From positions 480,001 to 512,000 of the forward strand of contig OY759724.1 in NCBI GenBank assembly GCA_963662715.1: DNA of 32,000 nt, given 5' to 3'. The notes beneath the pieces were generated by a model. The model was not told the DNA's origin and did no database searches. It saw nothing but the letters and a program-made list of their open reading frames with translations. Below are positions 1 through 8,800 of the stretch, in pieces (positions within the stretch are counted from its first letter, which is position 1; the number at the start of each line of letters is the position of its first letter). Made by a program: the position numbers and the translations under genes. Origin of the DNA: Candidatus Omnitrophota bacterium (GTDB taxonomy: Bacteria > Omnitrophota > Gorgyraeia > Zapsychrales > JANLHA01).

Positions 1-247
1 TGAACGGAAGGGTCAGCCATAAAAACAGAATAAAACCATTAAAGATAAAGCATCGATTCAAAAGGGCTTGCCAGTCGACATGTGCGAAGAAAACAAATGT
101 CCCGGCTAAAAGGAAATACAGCAAAGCGGCTTCCCAGCGCTGCAAAGCGGCCACCGCAAAGACTAAAGGGATAAAAACTATAATTTTTATCCGCGGATCA
201 AGACGGTGAAAGAAAGAATTCCCTTTTGAAAAAATATCAAGATGCAT
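1..247 (-). CDS. cbiQ: ECF-type Ni/Co transporter transmembrane (T) component CbiQ/NikQ, N-terminal part only (gene runs off the left edge of the window)
   Basis: My translation of the minus strand from the ATG at 247 gives MHLDIFSKGNSFFHRLDPRIKIIVFIPLVFAVAALQRWEAALLYFLLAG... The HRLDPRxK start followed by hydrophobic helices is the typical CbiQ N-terminus. The start overlaps the stop of the upstream nikL-like ORF. It is absent from the ORF track because it is truncated. Confidence 0.65.
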   Translation of the reverse strand, partial: MHLDIFSKGNSFFHRLDPRIKIIVFIPLVFAVAALQRWEAALLYFLLAGTFVFFAHVDWQALLNRCFIFNGFILFLWLTLPF

Positions 248-845
248 GTTGTTTCTTGACAATATAAATTAATGAAAATACGGCGATGATCCATCCCACC
301 CCGCTTATGATAAAAACCGGCTGAGGTTCAGAATTTTGTTTTTCCAGCTGACGGACACGCTGTTCTAAGATTTGGAATTCTTCAAGCAGGGACGCACATT
401 CACTCGCGGAAAAATCCCTCTCAATAACCGCTTCCTGTTCCCGGGGCTGGACGGCTTTCTTCCGCTCCAGGACAAACTCCCCGCGATGTCCTTGCCCGGC
501 GTTCAGAACGGTCCTCAGAGGGACATCCGTATTTATCTTCATGGCAAACACGCCTTTTTCATCCGTTGTCGTTGTCCCGATCACCGTATCATTTTCCAGA
601 TTATAAATGATAATTTCCGCCTTTTGGGCCGGACGGCCTCCGCTGAAATAACCTTCCCCGCGCAGAGTATCATTGTCCATGTAGCAGAAAAGGTTCACTT
701 TATGGGCCCAGGCGGCCGTTTCAGGAAGAAGCCATAAACTGAGAATCAAGGTCATTTTGGCAAAACATAAAAAAACATCTCTTAGCAAGGAATTCCGCCT
801 TGGGAGATAATGAAAAATTAACCGAACGTGTTGAATCAGTTCCAT
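237..845 (-). CDS. NikL-like accessory component of a NikKMLQ(O) nickel transporter: secreted beta-rich domain plus a C-terminal TM anchor
   Basis: It lies between nikM and nikQ, and its start overlaps the nikM stop. It has a signal-like segment MTLILSLWLLPETAAWA, then AHKVNLFCY...GEGYFSGG...IIIYNLENDTVIGTTTTDEKGVF (carboxypeptidase-regulatory-like beta domain), and a C-terminal TM helix VFIISGVGWIIAVFSLIYIV. The start is uncertain: 845, or the internal Met at 755. Confidence 0.5.
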   Translation of the reverse strand: MELIQHVRLIFHYLPRRNSLLRDVFLCFAKMTLILSLWLLPETAAWAHKVNLFCYMDNDTLRGEGYFSGGRPAQKAEIIIYNLENDTVIGTTTTDEKGVFAMKINTDVPLRTVLNAGQGHRGEFVLERKKAVQPREQEAVIERDFSASECASLLEEFQILEQRVRQLEKQNSEPQPVFIISGVGWIIAVFSLIYIVKKQHAS

Positions 846-1432
846 ATCATCTCCGGTTTAACTTTTTTAAAGAATTGTAAGACCATCGCTGCGATGAGGC
901 CATCCATCACCATAACGGGTATATGAGCCAGAAAAATCAATTTTGCTGAATTCCAAAAATGGTCTCCGCTTAAGACAAGAAAAACACTTAAAAGCAGCCC
1001 GCTTAAAAATACGGATAAAAAGCCCACGCAAAACCCGATAAGAGGTTCCGGGAGGATATGCTTGCGGAGGGCCGGGGAAAAAATCAAATAACAAACATAA
1101 GCTGGGAGGGCCATATTGAGAGTGTTGACCCCCAGACTCGTTAAGCCTCCGAACTGAAAAAGAACGGCCTGAAAAGCCAGGGCGATAAATATGGCACAAA
1201 AGCATGCCGGACCTAAGAGCAAACCTATCAGCCCGTTAAGAATCAGATGGACATTGCCCGGGCCCAGGGGGATATGGATCAATGCGGCGACAAAAAAAGT
1301 TGCCGAGAAAACAGCTGTCCGGACAATGTCCTTATCTTTCAGCTGCCACAGGCTCATTCCGACAGTCACGGTCGTGAGAGCATAGCCGGCCGTTATAACA
1401 GGGAAGGACAAAACCCCTTCGGAAATATGCAT
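836..1432 (-). CDS. cbiM: CbiM/NikM substrate-capture (S) component of an ECF nickel/cobalt transporter
   Basis: The N-terminus MHISEGVLS matches the metal-ligating Met-His-x-x-E/D-G start of the CbiM/NikM family. The protein is about 198 aa with multiple TM helices and is flanked by the DUF4198 (NikK), NikL-like and CbiQ genes and by nikR. Confidence 0.85.
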   Translation of the reverse strand: MHISEGVLSFPVITAGYALTTVTVGMSLWQLKDKDIVRTAVFSATFFVAALIHIPLGPGNVHLILNGLIGLLLGPACFCAIFIALAFQAVLFQFGGLTSLGVNTLNMALPAYVCYLIFSPALRKHILPEPLIGFCVGFLSVFLSGLLLSVFLVLSGDHFWNSAKLIFLAHIPVMVMDGLIAAMVLQFFKKVKPEMIWN

Positions 1433-1437
1433 GACCT

Positions 1438-2241
1438 TTATTCCATGTTATAAGCTTTTAACCACAAAACAGCCCCGATCTCAACGGGCTTTTCTTCGTC
1501 TTCAAATTTGATAGTCTGCTTATCCTCATTCAGGGCCGCAAACCCCCACCATCCTGCTTTGGGAATAGCGTAGCTAAAAACCCCGTTGGCATCGCATTTG
1601 ATCACCTGAGTAACAAAAGGCGCTTTCGGCGCGTGATAGCGGCCTGCTTCATTATAAAATTCCACCTCGACTTCACTGAACGGGGCCGGACGGCCGTCGA
1701 CCTTGACAACACCCTGAAAAACATTCCCGGCATAAATCCCGAACGGGCGGGTCAGGGGAACGATCTCGGTTTTTAACCCTACTTCAGAATCCCATCCTTC
1801 TTCTTTCCCGTAGGCATCAACAACAACCTTTGTGTAATGCACAATGTAACAATCTTCCGCCGGCTCCCAGTAAGGCTGGGGCACCATATAAAAAATATAG
1901 TCTCCAGGCCTTTTGATTTTATAATCGGTCTGCCATCCCTTGAATGCTTCTTTATCGGCATAAAGTTCAAAATTTAAGGACTTGAGACTTCCGCTCAGGT
2001 CTTCCTTTTGACCGTCGAACAACACTCCTGCCTCTGCCGGTTTTTCCATATTCATTGACACACCTTCAAAAGGATGGGCGAACATAATACGCAGCTTCAA
2101 GTCCGCGTCCTGTTGATTGTCAACGATGTCCTGGGAAGGGATAATCATCCCAAAATGTGCCCGGGCAGACCCGGGGCCCCAGAATATTGCCAAAAACATG
2201 GTGACGGTAAGAACACGAAGGTTTCTCCTTTGTTTTTTCAT
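1438..2241 (-). CDS. DUF4198-family periplasmic nickel-uptake component (NikK-like)
   Basis: Signal peptide [28 protein letters not shown], then HFGMIIPS; later [15 protein letters not shown] and [30 protein letters not shown], typical of DUF4198. I chose the start at 2241 because AAGGAGG lies 7 nt upstream; the ORF-track start at 2268 has no such site. Confidence 0.7.
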   Translation of the reverse strand: MKKQRRNLRVLTVTMFLAIFWGPGSARAHFGMIIPSQDIVDNQQDADLKLRIMFAHPFEGVSMNMEKPAEAGVLFDGQKEDLSGSLKSLNFELYADKEAFKGWQTDYKIKRPGDYIFYMVPQPYWEPAEDCYIVHYTKVVVDAYGKEEGWDSEVGLKTEIVPLTRPFGIYAGNVFQGVVKVDGRPAPFSEVEVEFYNEAGRYHAPKAPFVTQVIKCDANGVFSYAIPKAGWWGFAALNEDKQTIKFEDEEKPVEIGAVLWLKAYNME

Positions 2242-2320
2242 CAGACATCCTCCTTGTGGAATTATCACATAAATGTATTACTTTTATTAATTTCGTGTTA
2301 CCAAATATGCAAAAAATTTT

Positions 2321-2716
2321 TCAGGTAATCGCGCTCATGACCAATTCCCCGTGCTTCATCCCTTTTATAGCGATGAGTTCATCAGCGATATTGCGCAGCT
2401 GAAAAGCTTTTCCCTTCAATGCGATTATTTCCAGGCAATTGTTATGATCCAGATGGACGTGCTGGCTGGACAAGATAAGATGATGGTATTTATGTTGAAT
2501 GTCGGTTGATTGATTCAGTAAGTCACGTTTATGGTGGTCGTAAACGAGAACCAGACACCCGCTGACAATCTGATTGCTTTCCCACTTTTCTTCTACAATA
2601 TTTTTTCGAATGAGGTAGCGGATCGCCTGAGAACGGTTGGGCAGTTTATGCTTTTTCACCAAAGCGTCAAGCTTCTCTAATAAATCATCTTCTAAGGAAA
2701 CGCCGAATCTTTTCAT
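2321..2716 (-). CDS. nikR: Nickel-responsive transcriptional regulator NikR (ribbon-helix-helix plus C-terminal His-rich metal-binding domain)
   Basis: [37 protein letters not shown] is a CopG/RHH N-terminus. The C-terminal part contains VYDHHKRDL...[22 protein letters not shown], the His/Cys nickel-site pattern of NikR. It sits directly upstream of the nik transporter genes. Confidence 0.85.
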   Translation of the reverse strand: MKRFGVSLEDDLLEKLDALVKKHKLPNRSQAIRYLIRKNIVEEKWESNQIVSGCLVLVYDHHKRDLLNQSTDIQHKYHHLILSSQHVHLDHNNCLEIIALKGKAFQLRNIADELIAIKGMKHGELVMSAIT

Positions 2717-2720
2717 TTAT

Positions 2721-2747
2721 GTGTTACCTTTTCGAATAAGATAACAT
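2721..2747. promoter_or_regulatory. Candidate NikR operator: GTGTTAC-N13-ATAACAT imperfect inverted repeat immediately upstream of nikR
   Basis: Read directly: GTGTTAC (2721-2727), a 13-nt spacer, then ATAACAT (2741-2747). The TGTTA/TAACA cores are reverse complements. The same heptamer GTGTTAC recurs upstream of nikK (2295-2301), 13 nt after GTATTAC (2275-2281). From memory, it resembles the GTGTTAC-N13/14-GTAACAC NikR box proposed by comparative genomics. Confidence 0.4.
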
Positions 2748-2770
2748 TGGGGGACGAAATGTCAAGCAAA

Positions 2771-3775
2771 TTATAAAGAAGCGGCAACGCCCTGCGATGA
2801 AGCGAGCAGCACGACTTTCAAAGAATCCTTGGCTTCAGAGACAAGACGGAAACCTTCCTGAATTTGTTCCAGAGGCAGAGTGTGCGTGATCATCTCCAGC
2901 ACCCGGCAGCGCTTTTCCCGGATCAGTTGCAAAGAATCTTCCAGATCAACAGGTGCTGCGCCATAGGAAGACGTGACGGTTATCTCGTTCCTCCACAGCC
3001 GCACCGTAGGGATTTTGATATCCTCCGCAGGGATCGCAAACAAAAGGATAATGCCCTTCCGGTCAACACAGGCAAAAGCCTGTTCAACCGCCTGATAGGC
3101 GCCGGTGCATAAAATAATGCGTTCGGCCAGCACCCGGAGATCCTTTTTCGCATGGATAACCTCATCCGCCCCGAATTCACGAGCCTTGTTTAAACGGTAG
3201 TCAGAGATATCCGTGGCTATGACCCGGGCGCCTTTCAGTTTGGCTAAAACAATATTCATAAGACCGGAAACACCGCAGCCCAAAACCAGGACCGTCTGGC
3301 CTTCCTTGACCCCGATGACACGCTGTCCGCGGACAGCGCAGGCTAACGGTTCAATCATGGCGCCTTCTTCATAAGAAACCTGTTCCGGCAAAACATAAAC
3401 ACCGTGTTCCACGTTAATCTCCGGAATACGGATAAAATCAGCATATCCCCCCGGATCATAATTGCCCGTATGAAGAGTCTCACAGGCCGTATGATGGCCC
3501 TCTAGGCAGTATTTGCAGGTATGGCACGGCACATGATGGCTGACAAAAACCCGTTCACCGACTTTATATTTTCCGGTTTTAGATTCAACGATATCCCCGG
3601 CGATCTCATGCCCCAAGATCCGGGGGCCTTTCTGAACCCGGTACCATTCCATCACGTCAGTCCCGCAGATGCCGCTGGCCCGCATACGCACGAGGAGTTC
3701 ACCTTCACCAATGACCGGTTTGGGTATTTCTTCTATGCGGATATCCCGGTTGTTATAATATCGTGCCGCTTTCAT
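2771..3775 (-). CDS. Zinc-dependent alcohol/polyol dehydrogenase (MDR superfamily; threonine/sorbitol dehydrogenase-like)
   Basis: GICGTDV...GHEIAGDIVE is the catalytic Zn motif. CHTCKYCLEGHHTAC is the structural Zn Cys cluster. VLVLGCGVSGL is the Rossmann GxGxxG. Length 334 aa. Confidence 0.85.
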   Translation of the reverse strand: MKAARYYNNRDIRIEEIPKPVIGEGELLVRMRASGICGTDVMEWYRVQKGPRILGHEIAGDIVESKTGKYKVGERVFVSHHVPCHTCKYCLEGHHTACETLHTGNYDPGGYADFIRIPEINVEHGVYVLPEQVSYEEGAMIEPLACAVRGQRVIGVKEGQTVLVLGCGVSGLMNIVLAKLKGARVIATDISDYRLNKAREFGADEVIHAKKDLRVLAERIILCTGAYQAVEQAFACVDRKGIILLFAIPAEDIKIPTVRLWRNEITVTSSYGAAPVDLEDSLQLIREKRCRVLEMITHTLPLEQIQEGFRLVSEAKDSLKVVLLASSQGVAASL

Positions 3776-3802
3776 AACATAAACAGTTTTACCCTTTTGA
3801 TC

Positions 3803-4588
3803 TTACTGCTTGGCTTCCGTAAAAATTTCGTTTGCCTCTTTGACCGAAGCATTATCATGAACAATAGCCCGCAAAGCTTTGGCCATGGCAACGGCATTGG
3901 GATTTTGCCAGACATTTCTTCCTAAATTGATTCCGACCGCGCCCTTCTGCATCCCGTCATGAACAAATTCCAGCACTGCCGAATCTGTCTGGCATTTCGG
4001 CCCGCCCGCCATGATAACAGGGACAGGACACCCCTGAACCACTTTGTCAAAATCCTTTTCACACCAGTATGTCTTTACAACGCGCGCGCCCAATTCCGCG
4101 GCAATACGGCAGCACAAAGCCAGGTAACGGGCCTCCCGCTTCTCCATTTCTTTCCCGACAGCCGTAACCGCCATAACCGGGATGCCGTAAGCTTCGCACC
4201 GGTTAACAAGCTCGGACAGATTTTTTAAAGTCTGTCTTTCATAATCACTGCCGATAAAAACCGAGACCCCAACGGCCGAAGCGTTCAGGCGCAAAACTTC
4301 CTCAATAGACGTTGTCAGTTCCTCGTTTGCCAAATCCCGGCCCACCATACTCGTACATCCCGAAACCCGAAGCACAATCGGCTTGCTTCCCGAGGGATCA
4401 ATCGCCGAGCGAAGAACACCTCTCGTACAGAAGAGAGCATCCACATAAGGCAGAAGCGGTGCGATGGTTTGCCCCGGCTGCTCCAACCCCGTGGTCGGCC
4501 CCTGAAAATAACCGTGATCGATCGGCATAAAAAAACACCGGCCGTTCGGCATCAGTTGACTCAATCGATTTGCCATACCCCAATCCAT
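3803..4588 (-). CDS. lsrF: DhnA-type class I aldolase family protein, LsrF-like (3-hydroxy-5-phosphonooxypentane-2,4-dione thiolase family)
   Basis: Blocks match my memory of E. coli LsrF: DWGMxxRLSxL, IDHGYFQGPTTGLE, CTRGVLRS, VFIGSDYERQTLKNL, PVMAVTAVGKEM, RIAAELGARVVKTY, GCPVPVIMAGGPK, GRNVWQ. I placed the start at 4588 because AAGGAGG lies 6 nt upstream; the ORF-track start at 4606 contains that SD inside the ORF. Confidence 0.7.
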   Translation of the reverse strand: MDWGMANRLSQLMPNGRCFFMPIDHGYFQGPTTGLEQPGQTIAPLLPYVDALFCTRGVLRSAIDPSGSKPIVLRVSGCTSMVGRDLANEELTTSIEEVLRLNASAVGVSVFIGSDYERQTLKNLSELVNRCEAYGIPVMAVTAVGKEMEKREARYLALCCRIAAELGARVVKTYWCEKDFDKVVQGCPVPVIMAGGPKCQTDSAVLEFVHDGMQKGAVGINLGRNVWQNPNAVAMAKALRAIVHDNASVKEANEIFTEAKQ

Positions 4589-4685
4589 TAAAACCTCCTT
4601 CTGCATTAGCCTTTTTTGCTTTCCGTCAAGGCAGCTGCCTTGACTTATAATTTAAAAAACTGTTAGCGGCGGGATTATCACACAC

Positions 4686-4895
4686 TCATTCCGGCCTGAC
4701 GATCTGGTATCCCCGGTCAATCAGCCAGTGATGAAACTCATACGTTGTTTTACAGCATTCCGTCTTGCAGGAGGACCGGATCTGTTCATATTCTGCCGAG
4801 CCTTCCCGGCTTTCCTCCAATTTCATTTGCACAGGACATTGTATATCCTTACAATATTCCCGACGGGTATAATCGATATATCCCGGGACCGCCAT
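4686..4895 (-). CDS. Small (69 aa) cysteine-rich hypothetical protein
   Basis: The internal ATG at 4895 is preceded by AAGGAGG at optimal spacing. Product: MAVPGYIDYTRREYCKDIQCPVQMKLEESREGSAEYEQIRSSCKTECCKTTYEFHHWLIDRGYQIVRPE (Cx4C ... Cx3CC). The upstream 72 codons of the ORF-track entry are low-complexity N/Y-rich and probably not coding. Confidence 0.5.
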   Translation of the reverse strand: MAVPGYIDYTRREYCKDIQCPVQMKLEESREGSAEYEQIRSSCKTECCKTTYEFHHWLIDRGYQIVRPE

Positions 4896-5145
4896 AAAAA
4901 CCTCCTTTAAAAGGGACCCACATTCATAAAACAATGTATTAGTATAATTCAATGAAATCTGCTCTGCAACTACTTTATGGGCTCTGAGCCCGCTGTTCTT
5001 GAGAAAACCACCCCTAACACTGTTTTCGCCGGCCCGCATAATAAAATTAGCATTATGATATATATTTGAGTTATAATTATTATATTGAGCCATATAATGA
5101 TAAAAAAACAAAACCCCCGGAACATGTCTTTAAGGCGGTTGACAT

Positions 5146-7383
5146 ATGGTAACTCAATCCCACTTTCACAATACAGGCCCTTGTAAACCCCGACGCAGGG
5201 CGTTTCTGTCTTTGGAGACCTGGCTTTTTTCAATTCTAACCGTTCTCAGCGCAGTCATTGTTTTCAAATTTGTCGACCTCACCCCTCATGTCGATCAGGA
5301 TTTCTTCTTTTCATCCAGTGATCCGCTCTATCAATCAGACCATGAAATATCCAAACTGTTCATCAGGAAAGACAGCCAGGTCATTATTAACGTCTCAGGG
5401 GACATTGCCTCTTCCGGATACAAAGAAAAAGTCAAGAAATTCAGCGAACATTTTCTGGCTTTGGAAAATGTCAAAAGTGTCAACAGCATCACTCACGGCC
5501 CCCGGAATTTGAAGGATGCCCTGCAAAGCCCCTTCTGGAGCCGGCTCCTGATCCCCGAAGACCAGAGGTCAACCAATCTCATTGTTTTTTTCAAAGAGCC
5601 GATCCCTCCGGACCTCATCAAGAAATCCGAAGAACTGATAGATATCTTTCAGGCCCAAGACTTTCAGATAACCATGTCCGGCTTCCCCTATATCATTGAA
5701 CTGATCCGCAGGTCACTGCTCCGCGATCTGAAAACTTTCAGCCTGTTAGCCTTCGTGATATTCGGCATTGTTATTGTCTTTGTCTTTCATTCCCTAAGAA
5801 TATTGCTGGGGATGATTGTGACCTGTTTGAATGCCGGGATGTTGACGCTGATGATAACGCATTTACTGAATATCAGAGTGGGGATATTGACCGCCAATCT
5901 CATAACCGTTGTTTTCGTCCTGACACTTTCTCATATCGTGTTTCTGACGTTCAACTGGAAAAATATTCATCAGACGGAAACAACCCCGAAATCATTTACC
6001 CGGGAAGCGATCCGGACAACCTGCCCGGCGTCCTTCTGGTGCATGCTGACAACATTCTTTGGTTTCGCAAGTCTTTTACTGGTCCCGGCCAAACCGATCA
6101 ACGAATTGGGGATTTCCGGGTCCATCGGAACGCTCATCTCTTTCATCGTCGCTTTCAGCATCTTCCCGGCCTTTCTGCGGCTTAAGGAATCGTCGCCCCT
6201 AAGGGAGGATCATACCCTGAAGGACCTCTTACGGTTATTGTTCTTTCAATTGGAAACACACTCGCATCTTGTTATTACGCCTATTATTCTCTTTATCATC
6301 ATCGCATCCCCGAAATTAAACAACATTGACATCGACCCCAGTCTGCTCTCGTATTTTTCGCCTAAAGGCAACATCACGCAGGGATTAACCTTAATCGATG
6401 AAAGAGGCGGCAGCTGTCCGCTTGTCATTATTGTCAAAACCCGTTCCGGAGAATCTTTCGGCTCCAACAAGGTTTACCGGAAGCTGGAAGAACTGCAGGA
6501 AGAACTGGAGGAGCATCCGGATACCGGAGCCGTGCTTTCCATTCATTCCCTTATGGCGGAAGGAAAACGTTCTCCGTTTTTCTTTCTCTATGGCTGGAAG
6601 AGATTTTTTAACCGGATCGAGCAACCCCGCTATGCCGAAATCGGCAAGAGTTTCATCACAAAAGACAGAAAACACGGAATGTTTCTTTTCCGCATGAAGG
6701 AACTCACACGCGACAAACCGAGAAGTAAAGTGATTGAGGAAATCAAAGCCATCATCGAAGCCCATAATTTCACGCCCCACCTGGTTGGCGGGATTTATGC
6801 CCTGCAGGGACATCTTTCCAAACTCGTGGCCTCGAGCCTCATCTTCGGTCTTGGACGGCTGATTCTTTTATTTGCTTTATTCAGTTTAATATTCTCCCGT
6901 TCCTTCAGGATCAGCATGGCTGTCACCTTCAGCGTTATGACCATCCCCTTGTGTATTTTAGGGGCATTCAGCATCTGGAGAATCCCCCTGGATATCATTG
7001 CCGCGCCCGCATCCAATGTGGCCATCGGCATAGGCATTGATGCCATGATCCATATGATCGCCCAGTTCCGCCGGCTGAAAAAACAATACGCGCATAAGAC
7101 AACGACCTGGCTTGTTGTGAGGAAAAAAATGTGGGAACCCATCATCACGTCCATGCTCATTGTTTCCTCGGGGTTCGGGATATTCTTTTTCTCGTCTTTT
7201 CCCCCCACACAAAGATTCGGCGGCTCCATCGCCATCGGAACCATTGTTGCGGCCATGACCGCCCTCTTTATCTTTCCTCCGCTGGCCGGAGGCCTGAAAA
7301 AACGATATAAATTTTCGCATTCCGAAATAACTCTGCCCGAACGAGTAAAACTGAGAAAAGAGAAAAAGGCGCGGAGGATTTAA
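5146..7383 (+). CDS. MMPL/RND-superfamily exporter (two 6-TM bundles, each preceded by a large extracytoplasmic loop)
   Basis: 745 aa. An N-terminal TM helix is followed by a loop of about 150 aa, then a TM cluster (LLAFVIFGIVIVFVFHSLR...). A second loop of about 170 aa is followed by a second TM cluster (GLGRLILLFALFSLIFSRSFR...), the typical duplicated MMPL/HpnN-like architecture. AAGGCGG lies 7 nt upstream of the ATG. Confidence 0.8.
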   Translation: MVTQSHFHNTGPCKPRRRAFLSLETWLFSILTVLSAVIVFKFVDLTPHVDQDFFFSSSDPLYQSDHEISKLFIRKDSQVIINVSGDIASSGYKEKVKKFSEHFLALENVKSVNSITHGPRNLKDALQSPFWSRLLIPEDQRSTNLIVFFKEPIPPDLIKKSEELIDIFQAQDFQITMSGFPYIIELIRRSLLRDLKTFSLLAFVIFGIVIVFVFHSLRILLGMIVTCLNAGMLTLMITHLLNIRVGILTANLITVVFVLTLSHIVFLTFNWKNIHQTETTPKSFTREAIRTTCPASFWCMLTTFFGFASLLLVPAKPINELGISGSIGTLISFIVAFSIFPAFLRLKESSPLREDHTLKDLLRLLFFQLETHSHLVITPIILFIIIASPKLNNIDIDPSLLSYFSPKGNITQGLTLIDERGGSCPLVIIVKTRSGESFGSNKVYRKLEELQEELEEHPDTGAVLSIHSLMAEGKRSPFFFLYGWKRFFNRIEQPRYAEIGKSFITKDRKHGMFLFRMKELTRDKPRSKVIEEIKAIIEAHNFTPHLVGGIYALQGHLSKLVASSLIFGLGRLILLFALFSLIFSRSFRISMAVTFSVMTIPLCILGAFSIWRIPLDIIAAPASNVAIGIGIDAMIHMIAQFRRLKKQYAHKTTTWLVVRKKMWEPIITSMLIVSSGFGIFFFSSFPPTQRFGGSIAIGTIVAAMTALFIFPPLAGGLKKRYKFSHSEITLPERVKLRKEKKARRI

Positions 7384-7437
7384 ACGTTGTGCCGGAAAAA
7401 GCCTGCCGGCTGTGTGGCGGGGGCGGGGGATCGGAAA

Positions 7438-8520
7438 TTATTTGCTGACATTAAACCGCACAAGCATAATATCGCCATCTTCAATCACATAATCTTTCCC
7501 TTTCAACATCCATTTGCCGGATTCTTTCACCGCCTGTTCACTGCCCAGTTCAAACAAATCACGGCACTTGAATATCTCGGCGCGGATAAAGCCCCTCTCC
7601 AGGTCAGAATGAATGACCCCGGCCGCTTCCGGAGCCAGAGAGCCTCTTCTCGCGGTCCATTGATGGACTTCCGTTGGGCCGACGGTAAAAAAGGAAATCA
7701 AACCCAAAGACTCAAAGCATAAAGCACTTAACTGGTTTAAAGCGGACTCCCTGATATTCAAATCGCGCAGGAATTCCGCCCTCTCCTCTTCTTCCAGGGA
7801 AGCGAGTTCGGCTTCAATTTTGGCGGATATCTGCATAATCCTAGCGTCATAATCTGAATATTTTTCCCTGACGTCCCGCAGCAGGCTTTCATCCGCAAGG
7901 GCCCCTTCGTCGATATTCAGGACAAGGATCATCGATTTTCTCGTCATAAAATTGTACATAGACATCAACTTCTGGTGCTCTTCCGGCATGCTGAAACGGA
8001 TAAGCGGTTTATTCTGATCCAGGATTTCTTTCATCTGCATCAGGATCTCTTTCTCCGTTTTCTGGGCAGCAGAGGCGATGCCTTTCTTCTGTTCAAGCTC
8101 CATCCTTTCGAGCCGTTTTTCCACCAGCATCAAATCCCTCAAAATCAGTTCAGTAAATACGTTCTCAATATCTCTTAAAGCATCAACGGTCCCCTCTTCA
8201 TGGAAGACGGATTCATCGCTAAAGACGCGGACAATATGACACAAAGCGTCGCAAGGCTCCAGGCTTTTGGCAAACTCGCCGCTGGCGACCGTTTCTTTGT
8301 CAAACTTCGGGAGTAAAACCACATCGATGGTGGCCGGGGAGAGTTTCTGGGGATGATACATCTCCACAAGCCTGTCAAAGCGCGCGTCGCGGACAAGGGC
8401 CGATCCGGCCTTGACCTCCTGCTTCCCTGAGAAAGAGTGCTCCGCCAATTTCTGTCCGGTAAGAATTTCAAACAAAGTCTTTTTCCCGCCTTGCGGTAAT
8501 CCAATGATTCCTATTTTCAT
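7438..8520 (-). CDS. ychF: YchF/OLA1-family P-loop NTPase with C-terminal TGS/DUF933 domain; divergent nucleotide-binding motifs
   Basis: MKIGIIGLPQGGKKTLF at the N-terminus, NIDE (the YchF-type NxxE G4 motif), and the C-terminus FFTVGPTEVHQWTARRGSLAPEAAGVIHSDLERGFIRAEI...KGKDYVIEDGDIMLVRFNV align block for block with E. coli YchF as I remember it. Confidence 0.8.
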   Translation of the reverse strand: MKIGIIGLPQGGKKTLFEILTGQKLAEHSFSGKQEVKAGSALVRDARFDRLVEMYHPQKLSPATIDVVLLPKFDKETVASGEFAKSLEPCDALCHIVRVFSDESVFHEEGTVDALRDIENVFTELILRDLMLVEKRLERMELEQKKGIASAAQKTEKEILMQMKEILDQNKPLIRFSMPEEHQKLMSMYNFMTRKSMILVLNIDEGALADESLLRDVREKYSDYDARIMQISAKIEAELASLEEEERAEFLRDLNIRESALNQLSALCFESLGLISFFTVGPTEVHQWTARRGSLAPEAAGVIHSDLERGFIRAEIFKCRDLFELGSEQAVKESGKWMLKGKDYVIEDGDIMLVRFNVSK

Positions 8521-8800
8521 GTCTTAATAAAACCTCGTTTCTTAAAAAGCCTCATTGATATTTTAAAGGGCGCCGCCCCGTTTCCCTGTTCTCTTATCCC
8601 GCCATTCTACCTTAAAGAGAAAACCTCTGCAACCCATTATAACAAAGCATCAGGGGCCTCCCCGGCTCCTTTTTTCGCTTTAATATTCCTAAGAATCCGG
8701 TAAAAATGATATACAATATTATTGGTTTCCCCGGCAATTCATATTATACTTACGATAAAGGCATCTTCACATTAACCATTATTTCTATGAAATAAAACTT

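Noticed and set aside
4686-5111. 141-aa ORF with an N/Y-rich N-terminal half.
   Set aside because: The low-complexity AT-rich translation looks like intergenic DNA. A strong AAGGAGG precedes the internal Met at 4895, so only the 69-aa C-terminal part is called.
6391-7320. Three antisense ORFs (6391-6813, 6795-7256, 6958-7320) inside the MMPL gene. Similar shadow ORFs occur at 372-737, 3521-3925, 9843-10505, 15773-16090, 17622-18002, 21988-22831, 23050-24388 and 25684-26075.
   Set aside because: All lie opposite long ORFs with clear family motifs. They have Arg/Pro/Gly-rich or otherwise non-protein-like composition and no SD. They are typical antisense shadow ORFs.
7391-7410. GCCGG-N10-CCGGC hairpin between the convergent MMPL and ychF genes, considered as a bidirectional terminator.
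   Set aside because: The stem is only 5 bp with a 10-nt loop, and there is no U-tract on either strand.
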